Positions 1 through 12,600 of a stretch of 64,000 nt of DNA are shown one piece after another. The translations under genes and the position numbers were made by a program. The stretch is taken from NCBI RefSeq assembly GCF_003704095.1, contig NW_020846500.1, positions 248,001-312,000 on the forward strand, read 5' to 3'. The notes below the pieces were generated by a model. That model had not been told where the DNA came from. It did no database searches and saw nothing but the letters and a program-made list of their open reading frames with translations. This DNA comes from Pocillopora damicornis (lineage: Eukaryota). The stretch's first letter is position 1. Every line of letters starts with the position of its first letter.

Positions 1-351
1 AAATAGCAGGTAGAGAAACTTTAGTATCTTGTTGGGACTTGGTGGTTAGTGTTCCACAATATACCTCTCGTGTTCTTATTTTATAGTTATGAAGCTATAC
101 CCAAGCAAATATTCTACACCGACAACGTCGTTCAAACTGACATCGGCCTGTCTCATCAAAAAAATTATTATCAGGAGTGAAATATGTGCTTATTAACTGA
201 GTGGGAGAGTCGGACAGAAAAATATTTGGCTCGAGGTCATGACGTTAAGACCGAGCGCAGCGAAGTCCGTTACCCCATGAACAAGAGCCAAATATCTTAG
301 TGTCCGGCCGACCAAACTTAGTCGGTAAGCATTTCATGATATGGTGTCAAA

Positions 352-910
352 TTAAGGAGGCTCCAAAGGGTTTTTTGACCGTGTGAGATCTAGGTGCGAA
401 CATAGTGCGGGCTTTGAAAGTGTCAACATGCAAAACAAACATGGCGGCTCGATGTCATCGCACATCGTTAGCTGAAGAAGTGTTTTAAAACAGTTTAACA
501 CGATACAGTTTTTTAGGTGATGGTATCTAGGGTTTCCAGTAACTGCACCCGTAATATTTATAGACCATCTACGCCCGAAAAATACTTCAACCGAAAAGAT
601 TGCCAAAATGCGACAGATTCGAAAGTTTACGCATGCTCAGATACAGATCTCGGCGAAGTTCTATTCCATTACGTAATATTTTGCCACAAAGAAAATAGGG
701 ATCTATCGGGCAAGATTTCTCGAGTTTTCTTCCATGGAATTTCCTAACATTTACTGGAACGTTTAACATATTTGTGCCCTTCCTCAATAAAAAAAATGAT
801 AAAATAATAAAAACAGCTCACAGGACCAAATTTAAGATGGAGCAAGAAAACACAAGATTGCAAATAGCGAGGAAGCTTTCCTTTCAACCCCGATTTTTGG
901 GAGCTTTTAA
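352..910. mobile_element. Non-autonomous TTAA-target DNA transposon (Kolobok-like)
   Basis: TTAA at 352-355 and 907-910, imperfect TIRs GGAGGCTCCAAA / TTTGGGAGCTT. Absent from the paralogous position (~4700-4740) of the duplicate. Confidence 0.55.
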
Positions 911-1479
911 ATAAATCTCTCAAAATTTTCACAACATTTTGACAGATTTCACCGAAGCAAATTGAGGAAAATCAAAGGCAAAGCCAAATTATTACTTGCG
1001 AGCGCCTCCCCTCATGGAGCCTTAGCTTAAAAGCGAAAAAATTTTGATAATATTTATTACAGCAAACGATAGTTCGAGCCTTGCTCATCGCCTTTTGATG
1101 GCTTTTAGTGACCTTGAAAAGCCAAAACATAAAATTTTCTAGAAAAAAATTACGTTGACGCGCGCGACAACATTGAGAAAAAACCCTTTAGAGCCTACTT
1201 ATGTAAGACGCGATAGATCAGTGCACGTGCGACAACCACAAAAAAATTATATAACAATAGTTCTCCTTTATTTTTTTGAAGTCAAAATAACGAAGGCGAA
1301 AGAGTCTTATGATACTAATTGTTATGTAATATGCTTCTAACGTCTGAAAACGTGAGTAACGTCTGGTTTCAATTTGCATCTGATTGGTCGAGAGCTTTGC
1401 GCTCATGATGTAAACCAATCATATTCCGGATTATTCCCGACATATAGTCCAAAACTGCACCTGCTCTGTATCCGAGCGT

Positions 1480-2931
1480 ATGCAGTCGTTGACCACAGTG
1501 ACCATGAAACCAACTCGAGAGCGCCTCTTTCCACCGTTATACAATAATGTCGAAAAAAGGCAGGAGTTTCAAACAAACTCGCGCCCCCCTCGTTCAGGAT
1601 TCAAAGGCGATACTTTCGCTGCCAGCAGCCATTGTGCAACACATGCAGCAGTTAATGAACAAAAAAACCGTGCAGATCTTGTAGAAGGAAATAGAGATTT
1701 ACAATTGCACTTGGTACCGAACCAACGTTTCTCCCGAAGGCATGGGTCGCTAATCTCAGATTGTTCTCACCGCAGAGAACAAAAGTTCCTATGTGACCAG
1801 AAAGGAGGTAAGGTGCATTTTTATCGTACTAAAAGAATGCTTGTTATCTTCGAGAGTAACGAATTGCAGAGTTCTTTGCACGATATTGACAGCGGTGAAC
1901 TTTGCTTCCCATTGCATAATCTGCCAGATGCTAAAATCAGGGCAGGCAACTTTTAGGCCACTGAATTTTACGGCAATGAGGGCAAAACTACTTCACCACA
2001 AAGATATTCCACCAAAGGCAGATAAAGATTTTCTGTTATTCGCGACACCAAACCGACGCTCCCCCTAACCGCAACTATAAAAAACTTCGCATTTTCATAA
2101 ACAAATGGAAAGAAATATGTACTGTGTTCACAAATGTAATATAGCACAATTTTCACGTCATCAAACAATCCCGTTGCCCTTACAGAGACCGAAGATTTGG
2201 ACAATTATTTACACCATGCTGACTGCCATGAAAATTACTTATGGTTACCTCATTGGCATGACTCGGCTGGAATAAGAACAAGTAATTCTGAAGCTACCAA
2301 TCCTTCTAAACCAATTTGCAAAGAAATAAAACATCTGCAAATGAACGAGAGAAGAGTGGGCCGCTACCATATTTGGCCGGTGAAAGCAATGACTGCTCAG
2401 CGATACTGTTCCTGTCTTCAAGAGTGCTATCAACTCGTTCCCGAGTTGCAAACAAACATGCGAGTCGGACAGCAGACACAAACAGGCCGGCCGACAAAAA
2501 GAGGGCAGGGTTCTACCGTCGGTGCCGCAACGCCTATTCCCTCTGCACAGAAGTATACCCTAAACACAGCTTCTCCTGCCAATGCCAACACTTCACGGTG
2601 GATCAGCAACCAAATGATCCCTTCGCCAGGATGCTCACGACAGAGCCTTCAACATTATGAAGCAGACATGCCAAGGAACAGGGAATGGAGCAGCTGTGCC
2701 GCCACTTTTAGACTGCCTCCGATACAGAACAGCACCAGAGGCAGGTCATTCCACCCTAGCCAGTGCGAAACTAAACAGCGTCGTCACGGTCAACATATTC
2801 AAGCTACGCTCCTTGAGGAAATGGGAGAAGTAAGAGACCACCCAAGGAGCAGAAGAAATGGTAGGTGCCTAGAAAGTGACACTTCTCGTCAAAACCTGAT
2901 ATTTTGTAGAGTGTTGCATAAGCGTTTCTAG
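1480..2931 (+). CDS. Orphan gene, duplicate copy 1 (either a two-exon gene or a pseudogene)
   Basis: ORFs 1480-1956 and 2197-2931 are in the same frame and closely paralogous to 5227-6870. Disruptions are confined to ~1954-2185, which is bracketed by phase-compatible donors (G|GTAAGG 1807/8 or G|GTGAAC 1894/5) and acceptor TTACAG| 2185. AATAAA at 2994. No recognisable domain. Confidence 0.5.
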
Positions 2932-3712
2932 GCTCGTCAGAATCAGAATCGAACTTCACTATGATAGATGTGTAAAGTGTACAAAAACTATTGAATAAAT
3001 TATTACGCCATAAAAATACCATTTTACCATATTAGGGCCTGGAACGCGCAAAATATACCATCGAATGACGTCTTAGAGTAGTAAAAAGTAGAGGCAGCGG
3101 TGAGAAGAGTTGGAGGGATTGAACCTTCCGAAGGCTTTTCTTTTTAAGCAACGAACCTTTAAGAATTAAATGTCAGGCCATTTCATTGTTCATTATTACA
3201 CTTTCTCATGGTTTCATTTTGGTTCTTTCTCGTCTTTCGTGCACGCATGATGTGATCAGAACAATCCTCAGTCATGAAACCACAGAATGCTTGTACATTT
3301 GCCTTGCTCCAATGAGGTTCCAAATAAGATGATGCAACTCGCAAGATATCCGCCTGTAGCCTGGGTTAAACCATCGAATATTCATGTCTACCGTCAATTA
3401 AATACTGTTATCATAACCAGTTAGCTGTTTGTATTGTATTTATAGTTGGTACCTAGTTTAGTTAAATAAATAGTAATTGTTGTTTTCTGTTAGTGCAATG
3501 AGCAACGTTTTTTCTGTAACAAAATATGGTCGTTGTTAGAGACGTTGGCCCAACAGGTAACAGTTAAACTGTAGTAAGAGTAAAAGTGAATAAAGTATAT
3601 AACACTGTTTTATCAAATATATCTAAGCGTTTTATTTGCTTTGAACATAGCACTAAGAGGATGTCTAACTACGACTGACTAACTTAGTTTTTAATGCCAG
3701 AGTAAAATAGCA

Positions 3713-4235
3713 TAGTCTAGCGGTTATCGACCAAAATTGTTCAAATTAATGATAAAAGCATGAAACTTTGGCAACTAAAGTAACGGAAGAGAATGTCAAA
3801 TCAACCAAAGACATAAGCTTCATGTTTCTATGGCAAAAAAGTTTTATCAATCGTGATTCAGAAAATAACATTAACAGGTACATTTTAACGTTTAACCACA
3901 GAGCACCCAAACATTATGATAAATATTATAGAGGATAGTCAGGTAATGGCGTAAGATGAATACAAATGGACAGAAAATGACTCGGTTGTTATGTTTGAAG
4001 GCTTTTGTCGCAAATTTCCCCAAGCAATCTTGTTAAAGAGGTTTTTTTATTCTTAGCCTCGTTTTCATGTTAGCGAATTTCTGACATGCGTGGTTCTCGT
4101 CACCAAAAGTTAATTTGGATTGGCCCTACATCAGAAAATGTTAGTCTTCGGGTCATAAGTTTTGTGGCAAAGTTTCATGCTTTTATCATTAATTTGAACA
4201 ATTCAGTGTTTTTTTGGTCGATAACAGCTGGATTA
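3713..4235. mobile_element. MITE with ~55-bp TIRs and 3-bp TSD (Academ-like termini)
   Basis: TAGTCTAGCGGTTATCGACCAAAA..TTGTTCAAATTAATGATAAAAGCATGAAACTTTG is mirrored at ~4168-4235. GCA lies on both flanks (3710-3712, 4236-4238). Confidence 0.75.
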
Positions 4236-5226
4236 GCAGGCTTGTCTAATCACGAAACCAATAATATGCAAGATGAATGACTTTTGTTGGCTGGTGAGCG
4301 GTATGGATTTAGAATGCAGGACCAAAATGAGTACACCTTTCATTCAGAGAAACTTTGGTGTCTCTTCGGGATTTAGTTCCTACATTAGAATTACCTCTCA
4401 GTTTATTCTTATTATAATGCTGATTAAGCAATACTCAAGCAATCAATTTTCATTCTAAACACCGTCAAATAGCAACCGTATCCAAACTAAATTACAATTT
4501 CGCATCAATCTGTTTAATCAAAGAAAATTATCATCGGAAGTCGAAATACGTACTTATTGACTGAGCGGGAGGTTCGGATTGGAAAAATTTGGCTGGAGAT
4601 GTCGCACGCACAAAGCAGCGAGGTCTGCTTTCATGGATGAAAGGAACGATTTTCTTGTCGGCTCGACCAAACTCAGTCATTAATTAAGCATTTTAAGATA
4701 TGATCAGCTAGTCTTTAAAATTTAAAATTTTCTTTGAGAGATTTCACACAAGCGAATTAAGGAAAATCAAAGGCAAAGTCAAGTTATCTTTGGCGAGCGC
4801 CTCCCCTAGTAGAGCCTTACCTAAATACTATCATTTTGATAGTATTTATTACAGCAAACGATAGTCCGAACCTTGCTTATTGCCTTTTTGATGGCTTTAA
4901 GTGACCTTCGAAAGCTAAAACATAAAAATTTTTTAGAAAAACATTACACTGGCGCGCGCGCCAACTTTGAGTAAAATGCCTATAGAGCCTACTTAAGTAG
5001 GACGCGACAGATTAGTGCACACGGGACAACCACAAAAAAAGATAACATAATGTTCTCCTTTATTTTTTTTCAAGTTAGATAATCGGAATAGTCTTATGAT
5101 AATGATTGTTATGTAATATGCCTCATACGTCTGAGAACGTGAGTAACAACTGAGAACGTGAGTAACGTCTGGTTACAATTTGCATCTGATTGGTCGAGAG
5201 CTTTGTGATCATGACGATGTAAACCA

Positions 5227-6870
5227 ATGATATCCCGAATCATTTTCGACATACAGTCCAAATTTGCATGTGTCAAGATTCAAAAGTGGTATTTCTTTGT
5301 ATCCGATTGTATGTGGTCGTTCACTACACTGACCATGAACCCACTTCTAGAGCGCCTCTTCCCACCGTTATGCAATAATGTCGAAAAAAGGCAGGAGTTT
5401 CAAACAAACTCGCACTCCCCTCGTTCAGGATTCAAAGGCGATACTTTCGCTTCCAGCAGCCATTGTGCAACACATGCAGCAGTTAATGAACAAAAAAACC
5501 GTGCAGAATTTCTAGAAGGACACAGAGATTTGCAATTGTACTTGGTAACGAACCAGCGTTTTTCCCGACGGCATGGGTCGCCAATCTCAGATTATTCTCA
5601 CCGCAGAGAACAAAAGTTCCGGAGTGGCCAGAAAAGAGATAAGGTGCATTTTTATCATACTAAAAGAATGCTTGTTATCTTCGAGAGTAACGAATTGCAG
5701 AGTTCTGCGCACGATATTGACTGCGGTAAACGTTGCTTCCTATAGCATAATCTGCTAGACGCTAAAATCAGGGCCGGCAATTTTCGGACTGCTGAATTTC
5801 ATAGAATGACTTGTGAAGAAATAAGCCACAATCAAAGGAGGGAAAAATAACTCCGCAAAGATATTCCATCAAAGGCAGATAAAGATTTTTGTGTTAAACG
5901 CGACACCAAACCGACGCTTCCCCTAACCGCACATATCAAAAACTTCGCATTTTCATAAACAAATGGCAAGGAATATATGAACTGTGTTCACAAATGAAAT
6001 AAAGCACAATTTTTACGTCATCAAACAATTCCGTTGCCCTTTACAGAGACCGAAGATTTGGACAATTATTTACACCATGCTGACTACCCTGGAAAGTAGT
6101 TATCGTTTACTCATTGGCATGACTCGACCGGAATAAGGACAAGTAATTCTAAAGCTACCAACCCTTCTAAAACAAATTGCGAAGAAATAAAAAAATTGAA
6201 CGAGAGAAGATTGTGTCGTAACGACATTTCGTCGGTGAAAGCAATGACTGATCAAGAATACTGTTCCTGTCTACAAGGATGCTATCGACCAGCTCCCGAG
6301 TTGCAAACAGATATGCGAAACTTCCTTCCATGCTGTCAGTTTCAAGCAAGAAACAGAGGAAGGATCCGAAAATGCCAAGGTGGAAGATCGTTCATACACG
6401 GACAGCAGACACAAACAGGCCTGCCGACACAAAGAGGGCAGTGGTCTACCGTCGGTGCTGCAACGCTTATTCCCTCTCCACAGAAGTATACCCTAAACAC
6501 AGCTTCCTGTGCCAATGCCAACACTTCTCGGTGGATCAGCAACCAAATGATCCCTTCGCCAGGATGCTCACGACAGAGCCTTCAACATTATGAAGCAGAA
6601 CTGCCAAGGAGCAGGGAATGGAACAACTGTGCTGCCACTTTTAGACTGCCTCCTATACAGAACAGCACCAAAGGCAGGTCATTCCACCCTAGCCACTGCG
6701 AAACTAGTCAGCATCGCCACGGCCAACATATTCCTGCCACGCTCCCTGAGGAAATGGGAGAAGTAAGATACTCTGACCACCCAAGGAGAAGAAGAAATGG
6801 TAGATGCCTAGAAAGCGACACTTCTCGTCGAAACCTGATATTTTATAGAGTGTTACATAAACGTTTCTAA
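5227..6870 (+). pseudogene. Orphan gene, duplicate copy 2 with five in-frame stops
   Basis: One uninterrupted reading frame from 5227 to 6870 with stops at 5743 (TAG), 5848 (TAA), 5956 (TAA), 5995 (TGA) and 6097 (TAG). Same C-terminus as copy 1 (RRNGRCLESDTSRRNLIFYRVLHKRF). AATAAA at 6942. Confidence 0.6.
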
Positions 6871-7754
6871 GCACGTCAGAATCAGAATCGAACTTTAATT
6901 ATGATAAATGTACAAAGTGTACAAAAACTATCATTACTATTAATAAAATTATTACTACAAAAAAATACCATTTTGCCATAAAGGGCCTGAAACGTGCAAA
7001 ATATGCCACGGAATGACATCTTAAAAGAGGGAAAATTACAGACAGCAATGAGAAAAATTGGTGGCACTGAACGACCCAAAGGCTTCGCTTCATAAACAAC
7101 GAACCTTTAGGAATTTCAGGTTATTCAATTGTTCATTATTACACTTTCTCGTGGTTTCATTTGTGTTGTTTTTTGTCTTTCGTGCACGCCTTATGTAATC
7201 GATACGAACCTCAGACACGAAACTATAGAATTCTCGTATATTTTCCTTGCCCCAATGGTGTTCCAAATAAGGTTATGCAACTCGCAAGATATTCGCCCGT
7301 AGCCTAGGTTAAACCATCGTATATGTATTTATTTATGTTCACCGTAAAAGAAAGATACTCTTGTCATAACCAGTTAGCTGTTTGTATTGTATTTAAAGTT
7401 GGTATTTGGTTTAGTTAAATAAATAGTAATTGTAGCCTTCTGTTAGTGCAAGGAACAAAGTTTTTTATGTTAAAAAGCATGATTGTTGTTAGAAACGTTA
7501 GCCAAACAGGTAACAGTGAAACTTTTCTGAAGAATAAAGAAGAATAAAGTATATAACACTGTTTAAAAAAAATTAATCGTCCTTGCTCTTGTACGACAAC
7601 GAATCCGTTTTAAATTTTTTTTTAGCTGATTCTTCTAAATTATCTTACGTTAATGAAATCCTTTACTCCTATTGTCACTAGGAGCCCACTCTAGGGTTCA
7701 GTGATTGAAAAGAAGTGCTATAGTAAACGGTGTGGAGGCTTTGGCAGATCGTGT

Positions 7755-7787
7755 GACCCGACCCGACCCGACCCGACCCGACCCGAC
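7755..7787. repeat. (GACCC)6 microsatellite upstream of GOLGA2
   Basis: Directly visible. Confidence 0.9.
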
Positions 7788-8196
7788 TCAGATCTCCTCA
7801 CATTAGATCCTCGTGCACCAAGCTACTGAGATCTCGTTAGTAAGTTAAGCTAGTGCGTATACAAAGTACATATCAGACGTACGTTCTACATTTTATGGAA
7901 GGTCAGCTATGTGGAAAGACTAGAAAGCGTCACGTGTGTGTTAAAAAAATGAGTGTTTTCCTTTTGTTTTTTACTTTGAAGCTATTTTGGTAATTTTTTT
8001 TGTTGTTTTTTTGTTCCTTCTAACAACCTTTTCGGTAACTTCACGATTGACAGTTTTCTTAAAAAGCTGGGATACTACGCGACGATCCTTGGTTATCTAA
8101 TGGTATAATTCAAAGCCCGCGCAGCATGATGGGTCTGTGTTGTGAAGCGAGGCAACTAAGCTTAAATGTATGTGGCAAAATGTCGTGAACTTGTAA

Positions 8197-9581
8197 ATGG
8201 CTGATAGTGGTCGGGAAGAAAAGCTGGCCGCGGCCAGGAAAAAGGTACAACATTATCGCAATTGTTTTTATCGGGGAAAAACTACATTTTAATTCATGGT
8301 CGTGAGGTTTGATTTCTCTCTTATGCCTTGTAGCTCAAGAAATTTCAACAAAAACGGACTCCTTCCTCGAGTCCGCTGGTAAAGGATGTGAAACATAGTG
8401 TAGATTGCTCGTCGAATTATTCACCGAGTTCATCAGAATCCGGAGGGAACTTGTCAACAGCAAACGAAAATGTTAGTATAAATCTTTCGTGTGTGTCTTT
8501 TTCTTCTTCGCACACACAGATCCTTTTAGATCGGTAGGCTCTATAGTTACTAAGAGTGTGTTTTAAAAAGTGTTTGGGTTTTGTAGCGTTAATGTGGAAG
8601 TTTGTCCTTCAGTTTAGAAGATATTCACGCTCACTCAGTCAGTTACTATCCTCTGACTAATTATTTGTAGTTTACTTTTTAAGTTATCTGAATTTATGCC
8701 TTCTTGTTTTCCAATCTTGCTCGTTTTCCTTGGGCCAGGTACACGAAAGCAAAGCTTGTTTCATTCAGACATTGTTTATATACAGTCTCAGCTGATACCA
8801 CTTAGGGGCGATTTGGCGTTCTCTGGTTGGTTTATGATTTAGCTGCTCGAATTTTCGGCAAAAAGTGGTCTGCCCTCACCCAAATTGAATATATTTGGGT
8901 TCCTTTTCGTTTGAACAAAATTTCTGAACAGAACTACAGGTTAGCTGATTTCTAAGTGAACGTACTTTTGTAAATACTTTAGTTTTAAATTTATTACCCT
9001 AGTGATCTTGCTTACTGAATGAATAGCTTAATTGAGCTATTTAAATTTGAATTTCAGTGTTTGTTGTAAATTGTCTGAAAATTAGTCATTTTTCATAGTA
9101 AAATAAATGTACAGCCATGCACTAACCATAAAAATCTGCATTGACCAGCAATCCACGGGTGGATATTGCCAAATTTTCATTCACAATATCATATCAGTAA
9201 AATTGTTTTCAAGTATCTGAAGTATCATAACTAGTTATAATCTGCCAGAAGCTAAATAAGAGCATAGCAATTCATACCTCCCACAGGTAATTATCTGACA
9301 TATACATTTTGATCTAAAGGGATTTACCCCTTTTTGCATGGTAGTTGTTTGTAAATGTTGTCCATTTGAACCTTAAAGTAATCTTAGGTAATTTAGTGTT
9401 AACAACTGAGTTGAAAACATAAATTGGCCACCACAAAGGGTAAAAAAGCTGACGTTTTAAATCACTCTGACGAAGGGTTAACACTTGAAACATCAGCTTT
9501 TTTATTCTTGGTGGCCAATTTAAATTTTCAACTCAGTTGTTAACACTAAATTACCTGACCTAAAGTAAATTACCCCACTAA

Positions 9582-9616
<35 letters not shown>

Positions 9617-12600
9617 ATAAAGTAATCCTAGTTACTTGAAAAGATCTGCAGTTTAGTTGTTAAATTCCAATGATGAGACCAATGGAAACATCCATGAGGG
9701 TACCGTATTTATTCAATTAAAAGTGCAGTGTTTATTGAAGGGTGGCATTTATATGAGGGAGGCATTTATTTAAAATCCAATTTATTTCTTACAAACAAAA
9801 ACAATAGTATGGTAACTGACCATTTTAATTTTAAAAAACAGAAACATGTCTCAGTGCTTGTCTAAAAAATCTTTTTTTATATCATTTTCAATTTCACAAT
9901 CTGCATGTTAATACGTGAAGGTAATAAAAGTGAATAAAGATCTAATGTCAGGTATGCTTTCTCAACATCACAACTGGTACATTCAAAAGGATTTGTGTCT
10001 GGTTCACCTAAAATTTCCAACGGTGATCGAAGCATTGATTGCTGTGTGCATTTTGAGTCTATTATTCAAGGGCAGCATTTATTTAATATTTCTGCCCTAA
10101 AATGAGGTGTTTATTTGAGGTGGGCACTTAATCAAATAAATATGGTATACTATTATTAGTTGATCCAGTACCAGATTCTCTGAACTAATATAATCAGAAA
10201 TGTATGGTGGGCAGTCAGGATAATTACTAATTAGATCTTGGAAGTTCAAAAAAAATATAAATTGCTGAGGAATTTCACTTAAACATTATGTGTAAATACA
10301 CTGTTGTTATCACCTTTCCACCAGAGCATGGGGGTGGACGGAGGAGGAGGTTTACAAGATAATTTTGGTTGTATGAACTGAGATCATAATCATGTAAATT
10401 GGCCACTGTAAAGAGTTTCTAATACCGATGTTCGAGTATCAGCCCTTCGTCAGCACTCTGACAAGGGGTACTAACCATCAAAATATCAGCTTTAGAAAAT
10501 CCAAAGTGTTTCTAGGTGACTTTGATTTAACTTCATGTAAAATTAGAAAAGTGTTGTAATTTATTTCAGCTTGCACATGTCATGTTATTTATATGTATCT
10601 CTCCATATCATCAATTCACCTGTATTACCACACTGAAACTTAACTATTTACACAGATGAAATGATTCATTTGTTGTCTTTCAGTGGTGAATAAAAGGGTA
10701 ACCACACATGAAATAGGCATAGCTTTGTTGTACACATATATTATGTTTGGTACAGTCTATATAAGTTAAATGAACCACTGAGTCTTTTTGCAAACATTTG
10801 TAAGGAATATTGTTGAAAAAGTGTACTTACTCATATTTGTTCTGTTTTGTTTTTTTCAAAGGTAAATCATCTCAACCCACCATTATTACCTGTAAATGGG
10901 TATGTAAAGTGTAATTATAATGAAGTTTGTGGATGTGGCTGCAAAGTAGACTGTTTTATTTCAAGTTTTGTAGCTAATGCACTCATACATCGTAATTATG
11001 CCAACTCACCCAGTTAAGATTGTCTTCAGTGTAGAAGCAGTAGTCTCCCAGTTACAGAATGAATTGGTCTTTCAGAGATTTGCTAAATCTCTTACCTAAA
11101 AGTAAGCTGTGATGATTTTTTTTTTATAAAGAGAGAAAACTGGTTTTAATGTTACAGTATCATCATGAAGAGCAATTGGATTTTCTATTGAAAGTTTTAT
11201 TTTTGTGGATTCTTTTTCCAAGGGTATCACATCATACTATCAATACAGTGCTGAACAGGAAATTCAAACATCAATATTGTATCTGTTTCAGGTTTTATAC
11301 ATTTTGTTACTGACAGAGGAATCTTCATAAAAAGAGACATTTTCATCAATTTAATGGCAACTTGATCCTTCAGTTGAGGCTCCCCCCTAACAATTTAATT
11401 TAAAGAAGGGATGACATTTAGTCATTTTGGATGGGGTTCATGATCCAAAATCATCTATCCTGACCTCAGATTTCAGATCTCAATTGGTTTTCATAAAAAT
11501 TTTTTTGTCTACTGATAGACTTACCAACATCTTGGAAGAGTGTTAAGCAAGAAAGCCAGAGATCGTTGATTAACTATTTGTTTTGTATTCACAGAACACA
11601 TCTTTCAGAGGAGCTCAGCAATCAACCACAAGTTAGTTCATCTTTATTACTCATAAAAATTTTTGATATGATTAAATGCATCTAGACAAACAGACAGTAG
11701 GTAAAATGTTAACCTTTCTTAAATTCCCAGAAGTGACCAACATGAAACTTTTCAAAATTTTAATCATTACCCAGTACAGAAGTAAGGAGAAAAGACATTA
11801 TTACTGATCAGGATTTGCCTGCTCTCTTTAAGGAATTGGTTGGTGGAGCTGTTGATCATCCTCTTCCATCTGGTTCAAATGACAGGTATGTGGAAAAAGC
11901 CTTTTTCTCAAATTAACTTTCCATAAAAGTTAATTTGTGAGCATTTGTGTATTTTACATGTATTTGTCTCCTATAATTGTCTCCCTGGTGTACTGTTTTT
12001 GAAACGTATTAGTCCACAGTCCCAAAAAAAAAAGGACAAAGATCAAGATGGTGGTTTTTTTTATCACAAACTTCAACCTCATGTACAATGGAAATACGGA
12101 AAACTGTCACATGACCTGGGATATGAGAAAACCTAAGCAGAAAGATCTAACAGTTTTAGTCCCTTGTTTCCAAATGCTGTTGTGTAGGAGGTAGTTAGAA
12201 GAAAAAAAGAAAGAAAGAAAAAATACTCCCTTTAAACCCTAGTTAAAAGTGAAACAAGCACAAAGAGAAAGTATTACATGTATGCTTAACCTGGCCAAGA
12301 GATGGCATCATTTGCCCTGCACCCTTCTGCTCTTAAAACTCCAGTTTTTATGTACACTCATGCCACGAGCTTCTCACGGTGGCAGCAGATGTTTTTGGGG
12401 AATTGCACTTTCTTACTGAAAACATGAAAGAGTTTTTCCTTCCATAACTTTATCCTTGTAATACTGTGGGATTTCTGATAGTCACCAATAAACTATAGTG
12501 GTAATCTTTTATTTTGCAGAGAATATTCAACCACTGAAAAAATAAAACAACTCGTAAGTACTAACATGTACCTACATGTGTGTACAATGTCTTCAAATTA

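Larger units (their letters stand above)
185..7563 (+). repeat. Tandem segmental duplication (~185-3610 vs ~4550-7563)
   Basis: Colinear similarity: 945 AGATTTCACCGAAGCAAATTGAGGAAAATCAAAGGCAAAG vs 4739 AGATTTCACACAAGCGAATTAAGGAAAATCAAAGGCAAAG, continuing to AATAAAGTATATAACACTGTTT at ~3590 and ~7543. Confidence 0.9.

Noticed and set aside
5743-6099. Stop-codon readthrough, selenocysteine or alternative genetic code for copy 2
   Set aside because: All three stop types occur, the paralog has sense codons at most of these sites, and neighbouring genes use the standard code.
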